Part shown: piece by piece, positions 33,114-42,008 of the stretch
How the letters are laid out: the number at the start of each line of letters is the position of its first letter
Numbering within the stretch: the stretch's first letter is position 1
IMG/VR virus record: IMGVR_UViG_3300016476_000256
Location: 1 to 64,000 of that record
Direction: 5' to 3' (one strand)
Length of the DNA stretch: 64,000 nt
DNA from: a virus
Program-made: the position numbers and the translations under genes
The notes under the pieces: generated by a model
Told to the model about the DNA's origin: nothing
The model's database searches: none
What the model saw: only the letters and a program-made list of their open reading frames with translations

Positions 33114-33335
33114 ATGAAGGCACGCTTAACATTTAACCTTCCAGAAGACCAAGCAGAGTTTGACTTTGCTATACAAGGTAGCAAAATGTACTCAGCTCTA
33201 TGGGACATCTCTCAGGAGTTAAGAACACTATGGAAGTATGAAGAACTTAATGATGAGGAGTGGAAGATTGTAGAAAGAATTAGAAATAAATTTTATGAGA
33301 TATTAGATGAAAATCAGATTAAACTAGACAAGTAA
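33114..33335 (+). CDS. hypothetical protein
   Basis: 73-aa ORF. Confidence 0.55.
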   Translation: MKARLTFNLPEDQAEFDFAIQGSKMYSALWDISQELRTLWKYEELNDEEWKIVERIRNKFYEILDENQIKLDK

Positions 33336-33353
33336 CCAAATAAACCAACATAT

Positions 33354-33572
33354 ATGATTATTTTAAGAAAAGGAGAGGAAAGGAAGGGATACAGAGTATT
33401 AATTGTAAAAGAGAATGAACAAGCCGGGACTAAGTTTGCAGTGCAACAGAAGGGCAAGTTCTTATTGTTTTTTACTAAATGGACATTTGTTAAGGATCAA
33501 GCTGGAGATATTAAGCTGTTTGATTCTAACAAGAACGCAAGTGCTTATATCAACTTTAAAAATAGGTGGTAG
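33354..33572 (+). CDS. hypothetical protein
   Basis: 72-aa ORF. Confidence 0.5.
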   Translation: MIILRKGEERKGYRVLIVKENEQAGTKFAVQQKGKFLLFFTKWTFVKDQAGDIKLFDSNKNASAYINFKNRW

Positions 33573-34429
33573 AAAAAGTCACGCGGAAAACATTTAAGAT
33601 AAGACCAAGTGGAAGGAGCACTGATTTCATTGCTCCTTCTTTTGGTTTTGGCTGTTTATTTAACTGTAGTTATTGCTACATGAAAAGACATAAGCCAGAA
33701 GGACTGTCTGTAGCAACAAATACTATGGATATCCTGACAGAGATTAATTCACATGTTTGGTTTGCTGATGTAGAGAAGCCTAACCAGACAGGAGAGTATA
33801 TTACTTACGATATCTCATGTAATGAGGACTTTGCTCTGCATGCTAAGTACTATGACTGGGAGACTATCTTTAAGTTCTTTAGAGATCATCCACTTGCTAT
33901 GGGTTCATTTGCTACTAAGTATGTAAATGCAGATTTGTTTGAATTTAATCCAGAAGGTAAGATTAGAATTAGATTTAGTCTGATGCCGGAGAAATGGAGA
34001 AAGATACTAGAACCTAATACCAGTCCAATTGATTTAAGATTAAATGCTGTACCAAGATTTATAGATGCTGGTTATGAAGTTCATCTTAACTTTAGTCCTG
34101 TAATAGTACATGACAATTGGTTAACTGAATATGAGTTTTTGTTTGATATAATTAAGAAACATGCAACATATAACAGTTGGATTACAGATGCTGTAAAAGC
34201 TGAAGTAATCTTTCTTACTCATAATGAACAAAAGCATCTGTATAATCTACAACATAAAATTCCAGGTGAGCATTTACTTTGGGCACCCAAAATACAAGAA
34301 GCTAAAACTTCTCAGTATGGTGGTAAGAACATCCGGTATGAGCACAACAGAAAGGCTGATTATATTAAGCAGTGGACTGAGTTACACGACAGTATAATAC
34401 CCTGGAATACAATCAGATATATATTTTAA
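33566..34429 (+). CDS. radical SAM enzyme of the spore photoproduct lyase (SplB) family
   Basis: CLFNCSYC gives the CxxxCxxC cluster. Collinear by eye with B. subtilis SplB: IAPSFGFGCLFNCSYCYMK vs AIPFATGCMGHCHYCYLQ, and KIRIRFSLMPEKWRKILEPNTSPIDLRLNAVPRFIDAGYEVHLNFSPVIVHDNW vs KTRFRFSINADYVIKNFEPGTSPLDKRIEAAVKVAKAGYPLGFIVAPIYIHEGW. GTG start. Confidence 0.85.
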   Translation: MVEKVTRKTFKIRPSGRSTDFIAPSFGFGCLFNCSYCYMKRHKPEGLSVATNTMDILTEINSHVWFADVEKPNQTGEYITYDISCNEDFALHAKYYDWETIFKFFRDHPLAMGSFATKYVNADLFEFNPEGKIRIRFSLMPEKWRKILEPNTSPIDLRLNAVPRFIDAGYEVHLNFSPVIVHDNWLTEYEFLFDIIKKHATYNSWITDAVKAEVIFLTHNEQKHLYNLQHKIPGEHLLWAPKIQEAKTSQYGGKNIRYEHNRKADYIKQWTELHDSIIPWNTIRYIF

Positions 34430-34451
34430 GTTAAAGTAAATCTTTGAGAAT

Positions 34452-34613
34452 ATGAGCATGAAAATAGAAATGATGGTCAAAGATATTAGAGATAATAACA
34501 AGGACTATAAGAAAATGCATAAGGATACTATTAAGTCCTATCTTAAGATCAGATACAAATGTTCCTCATATTTAGCAAAGAAGGTTGTTGAAATATTATT
34601 TGCAGAGTCATGA
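34452..34613 (+). CDS. small ORF (53 aa)
   Basis: Hand-translated as MSMKIEMMVKDIRDNNKDYKKMHKDTIKSYLKIRYKCSSYLAKKVVEILFAES. ATGA overlap with the next gene. Confidence 0.45.
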   Translation: MSMKIEMMVKDIRDNNKDYKKMHKDTIKSYLKIRYKCSSYLAKKVVEILFAES

Positions 34614-35191
34614 GTAAGATTTTTAACATGAAGTGGTTAAAAAGAAGATATGGAGCTGACAATAAAATATCTGCAGAAGAGGCGGCTTTGGGTTCAGGAG
34701 CAGATATAAGTTGGGTTACACTAAATAATCTACAGAAGTTTCAATTTGGAGCTGACCCAGAAGTATTACTATTTATATCTTTCAAAATGGAAACACAAGA
34801 ACTTAAGAAATTATGTGCAGCAATAGCTGAAGAACATTATAATATAACAAATGGTGCAGATGGTAATCTAAACTATTTATGGTATATGTATTATAAGGGC
34901 AGTAAGAAGGATGAGTTCCGGCCCTTTGTATATATGGCTGAGTTAATGTTGCTAAAGAAGTATAATTATCTTACAGAAACTGAAATCAGAAACCTTATAG
35001 GTATGATGAAGTCAGATGACAGAGATAATCTTACTATGGTTACATTAACTATAGAGAATCTTAGAAATTTAAGAATTAAAGAACACGGGGTATATTCAAA
35101 AGAAAACAAAGCATATGCTGAACTAGAGTATACATATGCATTTGAAGTATTGAATCATACTGTGTTTTTACAAACAATGGCAGAAAAATGA
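34610..35191 (+). CDS. hypothetical protein
   Basis: 193-aa ORF. Confidence 0.6.
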   Translation: MSKIFNMKWLKRRYGADNKISAEEAALGSGADISWVTLNNLQKFQFGADPEVLLFISFKMETQELKKLCAAIAEEHYNITNGADGNLNYLWYMYYKGSKKDEFRPFVYMAELMLLKKYNYLTETEIRNLIGMMKSDDRDNLTMVTLTIENLRNLRIKEHGVYSKENKAYAELEYTYAFEVLNHTVFLQTMAEK

Positions 35192-35454
35192 CAGAACAAG
35201 AATTAATTGATTTAGGCTTTGATAAAGTAGAAGTCTCAGATAGTGAGAGTCAAAATGGTTATGACTATTATTACTATGTGCTAGACTTATTACCAGGACT
35301 CAGTCTAATATCATCTGGCAATGATGAGAGTCAAGATGGCTGGTGTGTATACAACTTTGATTGGATAAATGGAGATAAGCTAACAAAAGCTTCTATTCTT
35401 CATCTGAAAGAGGTTGCCGTTTCCCAGGGTTATCTAGGTCAACATCCCCACTAA
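35188..35454 (+). CDS. hypothetical acidic protein
   Basis: 88-aa ORF. Its last 62 nt overlap the convergent minus-strand ORF. Confidence 0.5.
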   Translation: MTEQELIDLGFDKVEVSDSESQNGYDYYYYVLDLLPGLSLISSGNDESQDGWCVYNFDWINGDKLTKASILHLKEVAVSQGYLGQHPH

Positions 35455-35710
35455 GTTTAGTAAGTTGTGCTTTTTCAGCAAGTATGTTGAACATAATCAT
35501 TGCAGCAGCAGACTTATAACAATCATCTATTTCAGTTTGAACTATATCCATAGGGACAGGAGTTGTTAAAACTTCTCCTGTTCTTAAGTGGATTCTAGTA
35601 CCTGCATCAGGATTCATTACATTAACAAATGAGGTTCTAGTAATGTGAGTAATATTGAGATGCTCAATATACTCTCCATCTTTGTCTTTTAGTACTATTG
35701 GTAGAAACAT
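35393..35710 (-). CDS. hypothetical protein
   Basis: 105-aa ORF. 1-nt overlap with the metallophosphoesterase stop. Part of the inverted island. Confidence 0.55.
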   Translation of the reverse strand: MFLPIVLKDKDGEYIEHLNITHITRTSFVNVMNPDAGTRIHLRTGEVLTTPVPMDIVQTEIDDCYKSAAAMIMFNILAEKAQLTKLSGDVDLDNPGKRQPLSDEE

Positions 35711-36735
35711 TAGATAATTGTGTTGCCTTCTATTTTGTAATTATTTACGGACACTAAATTATCAATTTTTGTTAGAATAGCAAAGCCATGATTCCATTCA
35801 TTTATTTCCATGTAGTCTGGTGCTAGTTCACATAGACATCCAAGGCTATAAGCACGGATAGTTGTAGACTCACCAGTTCCATAAACTCTTTGTGAGCTTT
35901 GAGAACTTTTGTGAAAGTGATTAATAATGCAATTGGTTTTAAGTCTCATTAAAGCAGTTCTAGCTGGTACTACACCACCTGCTCCAGGAATCTTATCACC
36001 ATGCTCTATAAGGAAGTCTCCAAAAATTACTTTGGTTCTAAATGGAATGTATTCTATTTTGTACTCTGCAACATGTAAGATTACATCTAACCTGAATTCA
36101 TCCATGTCAAGTAGCTCAGATGCTTTTATTCTGAGATATCTTTCAAATCTGTTTTCATGGTTACCAGGTATAAAATAAATAGGAATACCAGGGAATCTTG
36201 AGCGCATGTATTCAAAGAACTGTTTACCTGCTTCTATTTCATTCTTAAAATGAACCTTTCTAGGATCTTTCTCATGAAAAGAAAGCTGATAGAAGTCAAG
36301 TAAGTCTCCATTGATTAGGATACTATCTACACCTTCTGCTTCCATTTTGTCACATGCAGTTTCTATTGCATCTTCATCATGGTAAGGAATGTGTAGGTCA
36401 CCAATTACACCTAATTTCTTACACCCTGTAGGAAAAGTAAAAGTTCCTCTTTTTTGTGTAAGAGAAGATGGTAATGATACAAAATTATTCATAACTTTAG
36501 TTTTAAGTTCTTTTTGAAAGTCTCTAGTAGCTAAGTTCTTTCTATGAGAGTTTCCAGCTTGACCTCTGTAATATCTAACTCTAATGTAAACATGTTCAAA
36601 AGTGTTAAAGAAACCTTTGTTCTCTTCATATATTTTGCGAGCTAAAGTTTTGCTGGGTGCATTTGGGAACTTTTCAAGATATTCTAAAACAATTTTAGTA
36701 TTTTTCTTGGCGTTAGGTTTAAGTTCTTTACTCAT
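35710..36735 (-). CDS. calcineurin-like metallophosphoesterase
   Basis: GDLHIPYHD, NGDLLD, IPGNHE and EHGD motifs in canonical order. Has an N-terminal ~100-aa extension. Confidence 0.8.
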   Translation of the reverse strand: MSKELKPNAKKNTKIVLEYLEKFPNAPSKTLARKIYEENKGFFNTFEHVYIRVRYYRGQAGNSHRKNLATRDFQKELKTKVMNNFVSLPSSLTQKRGTFTFPTGCKKLGVIGDLHIPYHDEDAIETACDKMEAEGVDSILINGDLLDFYQLSFHEKDPRKVHFKNEIEAGKQFFEYMRSRFPGIPIYFIPGNHENRFERYLRIKASELLDMDEFRLDVILHVAEYKIEYIPFRTKVIFGDFLIEHGDKIPGAGGVVPARTALMRLKTNCIINHFHKSSQSSQRVYGTGESTTIRAYSLGCLCELAPDYMEINEWNHGFAILTKIDNLVSVNNYKIEGNTII

Positions 36736-36766
36736 AAGTACAATATAATATACAAAAAATAATCAT

Positions 36767-37141
36767 ATGTTTAGTTTCAAACTTACAAAGAAGAATGGAA
36801 ATTTAGTGCATATTAATGAAAGCACAAAGATTTCTTATCAATTATTTCTTGATAAACTTCAAGAGGGTCAGGAAGTTGAAGTCTTTATGGGACTAACTTC
36901 AGACAATGGTAGCTTAGCACAATTAGCTAAGATACATGCATGCATTAGAGAACTAGCCAAAGAGTCTGGCTATACATTTGATGAGATGAAATTTATAGTA
37001 AAAAAGCACTCTGGTTTATGCTATGATGGTGGAGGTGCTGAGTACTGTAAATCTTTTAAAGATTGTAGTAAAGAAGAATTAGCAATGGCAATAGAGTCTG
37101 CTATTGAACTTGGAAGAGATTTAAATATTAATCTGGCTTAA
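36767..37141 (+). CDS. hypothetical protein
   Basis: 124-aa ORF. Confidence 0.55.
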   Translation: MFSFKLTKKNGNLVHINESTKISYQLFLDKLQEGQEVEVFMGLTSDNGSLAQLAKIHACIRELAKESGYTFDEMKFIVKKHSGLCYDGGGAEYCKSFKDCSKEELAMAIESAIELGRDLNINLA

Positions 37142-37439
37142 TCATAGATTTTGTTATTTCATCTAAGTCTTTTTCCTCAAGTTGATTAGTTTTTTCAGCT
37201 TGAGCTTCAATTTCAGCTAATAAAAGAAATAAAGTTTTGAAAGCAAACTCTTGTTCAGTATGTTCTTCATTATCTGAGTTTTTATCAGTTACTTTTTTGA
37301 TAAGTTCAGTAATTTTATCATTATCAGTTTCTTGCTTAAAAACATACAATAATGTTTTCTTTAACATTAAATAGAATGTTTTATTAAGTTTTATCTCAAT
37401 AAGAGCATTGTCTTTAATTTCTTTAACCTTATTAGACAT
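37128..37439 (-). CDS. hypothetical helical protein
   Basis: 103 aa from MSNKVKEIKD. Start moved from 37505, because the longer version overlaps the UDG start and is low-complexity. Confidence 0.5.
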   Translation of the reverse strand: MSNKVKEIKDNALIEIKLNKTFYLMLKKTLLYVFKQETDNDKITELIKKVTDKNSDNEEHTEQEFAFKTLFLLLAEIEAQAEKTNQLEEKDLDEITKSMIKPD

Positions 37440-37469
37440 ACAAATAGTTTTAACAAAAATAATAAAAAA

Positions 37470-38171
37470 ATGAAAATAGAACCAGAAATTGATGATATTA
37501 AACAAAAATTGTTTAATCAGCTTGAACCCAGTGGTTGGGGTAGAATTTTTAAATCTTTTATATTTAGTTCTGAGTTTACAGATATTTTAAACAATCTCTA
37601 TACACTAAGTACAAGTGGTAAAAGATTTACTCCACCATTAAAACAAGTATTTAGAGCATTTGAAGAGTGCCCGTATGATAAACTACAAGTAGTGATGGTG
37701 GGTCAGGATCCATATCCACAGTTGGGTGTTGCAGATGGTATAGCTTTCAGTTGTAGTAACTCTGAGAAAGAGCAACCGTCTTTAAGGTTTATTCTTGATG
37801 AAGTACAGAAGATGTACCCTTTCTATGATAGACCTCTAGATTTAGCAAGATGGTCTAATCAAGGTGTACTAATGTTAAACACAGCCCTTACAGTAGAAGT
37901 TGGTAAAATTGGTAGTCATTATGACATTTGGAAACCATTTACTGCTTACTTGTTAGATTGGTTAAATAATTATAACACAGGACTAGTATATGTATATATG
38001 GGTAAAAAAGCTGAAGAATGGTCTGAACTTACTGGAGATAATAACCATAAGTTTACTGTTAAACATCCTGCTTCTGCCGCTTATAATGGTTCTAAATGGG
38101 ATAGTAATGATATATTTGTTAAGATACAAAATATAGTAAAAGAGTCTACTGGTAATACAATACATTGGTAA
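37470..38171 (+). CDS. ung: uracil-DNA glycosylase (family 1)
   Basis: VGQDPYP...DGIAFS, GVLMLNTALTV and KHPASAAY match the UNG motifs GQDPYH, GVLLLN and HPSPLS. Confidence 0.9.
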   Translation: MKIEPEIDDIKQKLFNQLEPSGWGRIFKSFIFSSEFTDILNNLYTLSTSGKRFTPPLKQVFRAFEECPYDKLQVVMVGQDPYPQLGVADGIAFSCSNSEKEQPSLRFILDEVQKMYPFYDRPLDLARWSNQGVLMLNTALTVEVGKIGSHYDIWKPFTAYLLDWLNNYNTGLVYVYMGKKAEEWSELTGDNNHKFTVKHPASAAYNGSKWDSNDIFVKIQNIVKESTGNTIHW

Positions 38172-38172
38172 T

Positions 38173-38760
38173 ATGGAAGATATATTTTTAAAACTTGTTA
38201 GAGAGGGTATAACCCCAAATAGTTATTACATTTTACATTGTGTAAAACAAAGTATAATTCCTTGTTCGTTTGTAAACAAGGAATTAGAGACAAAAAGATT
38301 AATTTCTGAAGGATGGTTAAATGAAGACTTGACATTAACAGATAAAAGCATTATCTTTACTACTGAGATTGACGGATATTTTAAGAAGTCAAAAAAGAAA
38401 ACATCTAAACTTTTATTGGGAGATAATTTTGAAGACTGTGTAAAAAAGTACTCAGAAACATTTCCAAGTATTAAACTTGCCAGTGGTAAGTATGCAAGAT
38501 CTAACTCTAAGAATTTAGAAAATGCATTTAGATGGTTCTTTGAAACTTATGATTATGATTGGGACACAGTTTTGTTAGCAACAAAGAAATATGTTTTGGA
38601 ATACAGAGAGATAAACTATCAGTACATGAGAACATCTCAATATTTTATTAGAAAACAAAGCACTGACAAAACTTGGGACTCAGACCTGGCTGATTATTGT
38701 GAGATGATTTTAAACAAACCAGATGATGAAGTAATATTTATAAAAGAAAGACTATTTTGA
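38173..38760 (+). CDS. hypothetical protein
   Basis: 195-aa ORF. Confidence 0.6.
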   Translation: MEDIFLKLVREGITPNSYYILHCVKQSIIPCSFVNKELETKRLISEGWLNEDLTLTDKSIIFTTEIDGYFKKSKKKTSKLLLGDNFEDCVKKYSETFPSIKLASGKYARSNSKNLENAFRWFFETYDYDWDTVLLATKKYVLEYREINYQYMRTSQYFIRKQSTDKTWDSDLADYCEMILNKPDDEVIFIKERLF

Positions 38761-38945
38761 TACACATAAATTTTAAGAAGTTGTTAATTGCAATTATAGG
38801 GAGCGCGTGCTTGTACTTGATAATTAACAATTACATTATAGAGATGAGTATTTGGAAATATATAGCTATAGAGGCTATAATAACTGTTTCTCATCATCTA
38901 TATGAGCTAATTAAACCTTCCACAGAAGGTACCGAAGAAGATTAA
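38757..38945 (+). CDS. small membrane protein (TTG start)
   Basis: 62-aa ORF with TM-like LLIAIIGSACLYLIINNYII. Non-ATG start. Confidence 0.4.
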   Translation: MIHINFKKLLIAIIGSACLYLIINNYIIEMSIWKYIAIEAIITVSHHLYELIKPSTEGTEED

Positions 38946-38955
38946 TCTATAGAAT

Positions 38956-39930
38956 ATGTATAATAATGCAAGCCCTTTAAAGGCTGTGAGTGAAAGAGAT
39001 GCTCTTAAAAAAGCACTCTATAAAATGAAAGCTAGACACAATGGTGAGTTGAAGTCATTGAAGACAGCTTGGGTGAATTTTAATAATGCTTTTTGTGATG
39101 GTTTAGAATGGAGAACTATTACAGTTGTTGGTGCAAGGCCAGGAACTGGTAAGACTTTATTCATGGAACAATTGGTTAATGATGTCATAAAGATGAATGC
39201 TGACCAAAAGTTCAGAGTACTAAAGTTTCAGTTTGAGATGCTAGATGAGACAAATGGTATTAGAAAATTGTCTATGAATGTTGGTTCTGATTATAATACT
39301 CTGATGAGTAAGGAAAAGCCTGTAGATAAAGGTATTTTTCAAAAGTGTGTTCAGTTTTATGAAAGTACAGAAAAGTATGACTTAGTAGATGTGGTGTATG
39401 ATCCATGTACAGTGGATGAGATGTGTGCTACTATTCATGCTTATATGGAGAAACATAAGACAGAAGATGGCTATACAAATACTTTGGTTACTATAGATCA
39501 CTCAGCTTTATTTAGAGTTGGTAAGGGGCAGAAGGATAAGTTTGAGATGCTTTATACACTAGGTGAAGGCCTTACAGAAATGAAGAAGAAGTTTCCTGTG
39601 GCATTCTTAGTTCTTAGTCAGTTAAATAGAAATGTTGAAACTATTGAGAGAACAAAAGATGGTACATATGGGAACTATATTCTTGACTCTGATTTATATG
39701 GTTCTGATGCTTTATTACAACATGCTGATGTAGTATTGGGTATTAACCGTCCATTCAACAGAAGGATTAAATTCTATGGTCCAGAAAAGTATATCATTAA
39801 TGACCCAGATCTTCTAGTATTTCACATACTAAAATCAAGAAATGGTTTCATGGGCATGAACTTTTATAAGTTGGACAACACTGTAATGAGACTTGTTGAG
39901 ATTGACCCACCACCTACATCATCACATTAA
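38956..39930 (+). CDS. DnaB-family replicative helicase (RecA-like domain only)
   Basis: Walker A GARPGTGKT, Walker B-like VTIDHSAL, and the SQLNR motif (VLSQLNRN). Lacks the DnaB N-terminal domain. Confidence 0.8.
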   Translation: MYNNASPLKAVSERDALKKALYKMKARHNGELKSLKTAWVNFNNAFCDGLEWRTITVVGARPGTGKTLFMEQLVNDVIKMNADQKFRVLKFQFEMLDETNGIRKLSMNVGSDYNTLMSKEKPVDKGIFQKCVQFYESTEKYDLVDVVYDPCTVDEMCATIHAYMEKHKTEDGYTNTLVTIDHSALFRVGKGQKDKFEMLYTLGEGLTEMKKKFPVAFLVLSQLNRNVETIERTKDGTYGNYILDSDLYGSDALLQHADVVLGINRPFNRRIKFYGPEKYIINDPDLLVFHILKSRNGFMGMNFYKLDNTVMRLVEIDPPPTSSH

Positions 39931-39939
39931 TTTTAAAAT

Positions 39940-40521
39940 ATGTATAACAGAAAAGAAAAAGAAAAAGAGTTGATGGAAGATCACTCTGGTTATCTAGACA
40001 AGCTAGGTTCTAGTTACCAATTTACTGCAAAAACTGCTTTTTATAGCAAAGGTAAATCTGGAAGACAGATTCAGTTGTTTGAAAATGAATTAAATAAGGG
40101 CTCTGATATTTATGTAGAATTAGTGGATATTGTTAGAGATGCTAAAGGCATGGAAACAGATATGGTCCCAATGTATTGGGAAAGACCGCTATTTAAATAC
40201 AGATACAATCCTTATTTTAAAGAAGAGTATGAAGTTAAAGTTTCTACAAATTCAAGGGGTGATGAATACTCTGCTTATATTATACCTACATCAGAGTTGG
40301 TATGTGTAAACAAAGGTTCTGAAGAAATTCCTTACAATGAGTATGAGAAGAACAGAACTACTGAGCCAGTAGAGCAAAAGAAGTTAAGTGTTTTTCCAGA
40401 CTTTGAAGAGGAGTTTATTCCAAAACTCAAGGATGTAGAGAGTTCAGATGATGTATCTACTATCTTATTAGAGATTGCATCTGGATTTCAGAAACTTGCA
40501 GTAGCACTAAAAAACAAATAA
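39940..40521 (+). CDS. hypothetical protein
   Basis: 193-aa ORF. Confidence 0.6.
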   Translation: MYNRKEKEKELMEDHSGYLDKLGSSYQFTAKTAFYSKGKSGRQIQLFENELNKGSDIYVELVDIVRDAKGMETDMVPMYWERPLFKYRYNPYFKEEYEVKVSTNSRGDEYSAYIIPTSELVCVNKGSEEIPYNEYEKNRTTEPVEQKKLSVFPDFEEEFIPKLKDVESSDDVSTILLEIASGFQKLAVALKNK

Positions 40522-40522
40522 C

Positions 40523-41242
40523 ATGAGTATAGTACTTCCAACTAAAAAAGTAAAAGCTGATAGGGTTAATCCTAAAAGATTAATTATCTATTCTAAGCCT
40601 AAAACTGGTAAGACAAGTGCATTTGCTGGTCTTGAGGGTAATTTGATTATTGACTTAGAAAATGGTGCAGACTATGTTGAAGCCATTAAAGTAAAAGCAA
40701 ATAATCTACAAGAACTCAAAGAGATTGGTAAAGCAATTAAAGAAGCAGGCTATCCTTACAAGTATGTTACAATTGATACTGTGACAGCTTTGGAAGATAT
40801 GGTTATGCCACTTGCAATTAACTTATATAAACAAACACCAATGGGTAAGAACTATTCTGGAGACAGTATTTTGACTTTACCAAATGGTGCGGGTTACTTA
40901 TATGTTAGGCAAGCATTCTTTCAAGTTTTAGATTTTATTGATACATTAGCACCCCAAATTATTTTATCTGGTCATATTAAAGACAAGCAGGTAGATGATA
41001 AAGGTGAGATGGTTATGTCTGCAAACATTGATTTGACAGGTAAAATAAAATCTTTAATTTGTGCAAATGCAGATGCTATTGGTTATATGTTTAGAAGAGG
41101 TGACCAAACTATTCTAAGCTTTAAGACTAATGAAGAAGTGACTTGTGGTGCAAGACCTGAGCACTTAAGAAATGAAGAGATAGTAATTTCTGAAATGGTA
41201 AATGGTGAGCTAATAACTCACTGGGAAAAAGTATATAAATAA
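40523..41242 (+). CDS. AAA_24/Sak4-like RecA-fold ATPase
   Basis: Walker A IYSKPKTGKTS, Walker B YVTIDTVTALED. Size and context are typical of phage Sak4-like recombination ATPases. Confidence 0.65.
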   Translation: MSIVLPTKKVKADRVNPKRLIIYSKPKTGKTSAFAGLEGNLIIDLENGADYVEAIKVKANNLQELKEIGKAIKEAGYPYKYVTIDTVTALEDMVMPLAINLYKQTPMGKNYSGDSILTLPNGAGYLYVRQAFFQVLDFIDTLAPQIILSGHIKDKQVDDKGEMVMSANIDLTGKIKSLICANADAIGYMFRRGDQTILSFKTNEEVTCGARPEHLRNEEIVISEMVNGELITHWEKVYK

Positions 41243-41257
41243 TAAACAATAACAAAA

Positions 41258-41950
41258 ATGGGATTAAGTACAAAAGATCTAGTAAGTGAGAACAATGGTG
41301 GTGGAATGGCAAAAACAATTGCACCGGGTAACCACACATTAAGAATTAACAGTATTGTGTTAGAGGACTTTCAATTTATTGATGGTGCTAAACACTTAAT
41401 ACTAAATGTTGAGACAGAGCCAATTGAAGGGTTTGAAGGTTTTCTGATTGATAAAGATGATGAGAGCAAGGGAAAGTATAAGGGACAGATTGGTCGTGTA
41501 AAAGCTAGTCAATATGCATTTGCAGATGGACAAACAAAGTCTGGAATTAAAATTCAAAGAGATAGATCTTTGATGATGTTCTTAGCTAACTTGTCTAAAG
41601 CAACTGGTATAATGAAATGGTTTGAGGAGCAAGATAATAAGTTTAATACTATTGAGGATTTTGTAAAAAACTTCAGTAACAATGCTCCACTTAAAGATAA
41701 GTATCTAGATTTCTGCATTGCTGGTAAAGAATATGAGAACAAGTCTGGTTATACTGCATATGACATGTGGTTGCCAAAAGCTGAAAATAATAAGTATGCT
41801 TATGGTGAGGAAGGTTCTGATAGAATTCTTAAGTATGATGAGGCTAAGCACCTTAAGAAACTTGAGGTAAAACCAGTAGATAATTTTGGTGATGATGATG
41901 ATGATTTTCCAACACCTGGAAGAACATCTTCAGACTTTAGTTTAGATTAA
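41258..41950 (+). CDS. hypothetical protein, possibly SSB-like (acidic C-terminal tail)
   Basis: 230 aa ending FGDDDDDFPTPGRTSSDFSLD. Directly follows the Sak4-like gene. Functional call is weak. Confidence 0.35.
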   Translation: MGLSTKDLVSENNGGGMAKTIAPGNHTLRINSIVLEDFQFIDGAKHLILNVETEPIEGFEGFLIDKDDESKGKYKGQIGRVKASQYAFADGQTKSGIKIQRDRSLMMFLANLSKATGIMKWFEEQDNKFNTIEDFVKNFSNNAPLKDKYLDFCIAGKEYENKSGYTAYDMWLPKAENNKYAYGEEGSDRILKYDEAKHLKKLEVKPVDNFGDDDDDFPTPGRTSSDFSLD

Positions 41951-41965
41951 CAGCTCCTACATAAT

Positions 41966-41986
41966 GGGGAGTTAGTCTAGCTCCCC
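41966..41986 (+). terminator. hairpin (terminator candidate, weak T-run)
   Basis: GGGGAGTT/AGCTCCCC stem (8 bp, one G-T pair), loop AGTCT. Confidence 0.4.
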
Positions 41987-42008
41987 TTATGTACTAAATT
42001 GAGTTGCT

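Noticed and set aside
33415-33597. 60-aa ORF in an alternative frame over 33354..33572.
   Set aside because: It overlaps two better-supported genes and has no independent context.
35158-35175. Extra copy of TACTGTGT(TTTTAC) 25 nt upstream of the ATG at 35188.
   Set aside because: It lies inside a coding region, lacks the second half-site and the conserved leader, and a single 8-mer match is expected by chance.
37128-37505. Long form of the minus-strand ORF starting at 37505.
   Set aside because: The extra 22 codons (MFNIINFWFYFHFFIIFVKTIC) are low-complexity and overlap the UDG start region. The ATG at 37439 gives a sensible protein.
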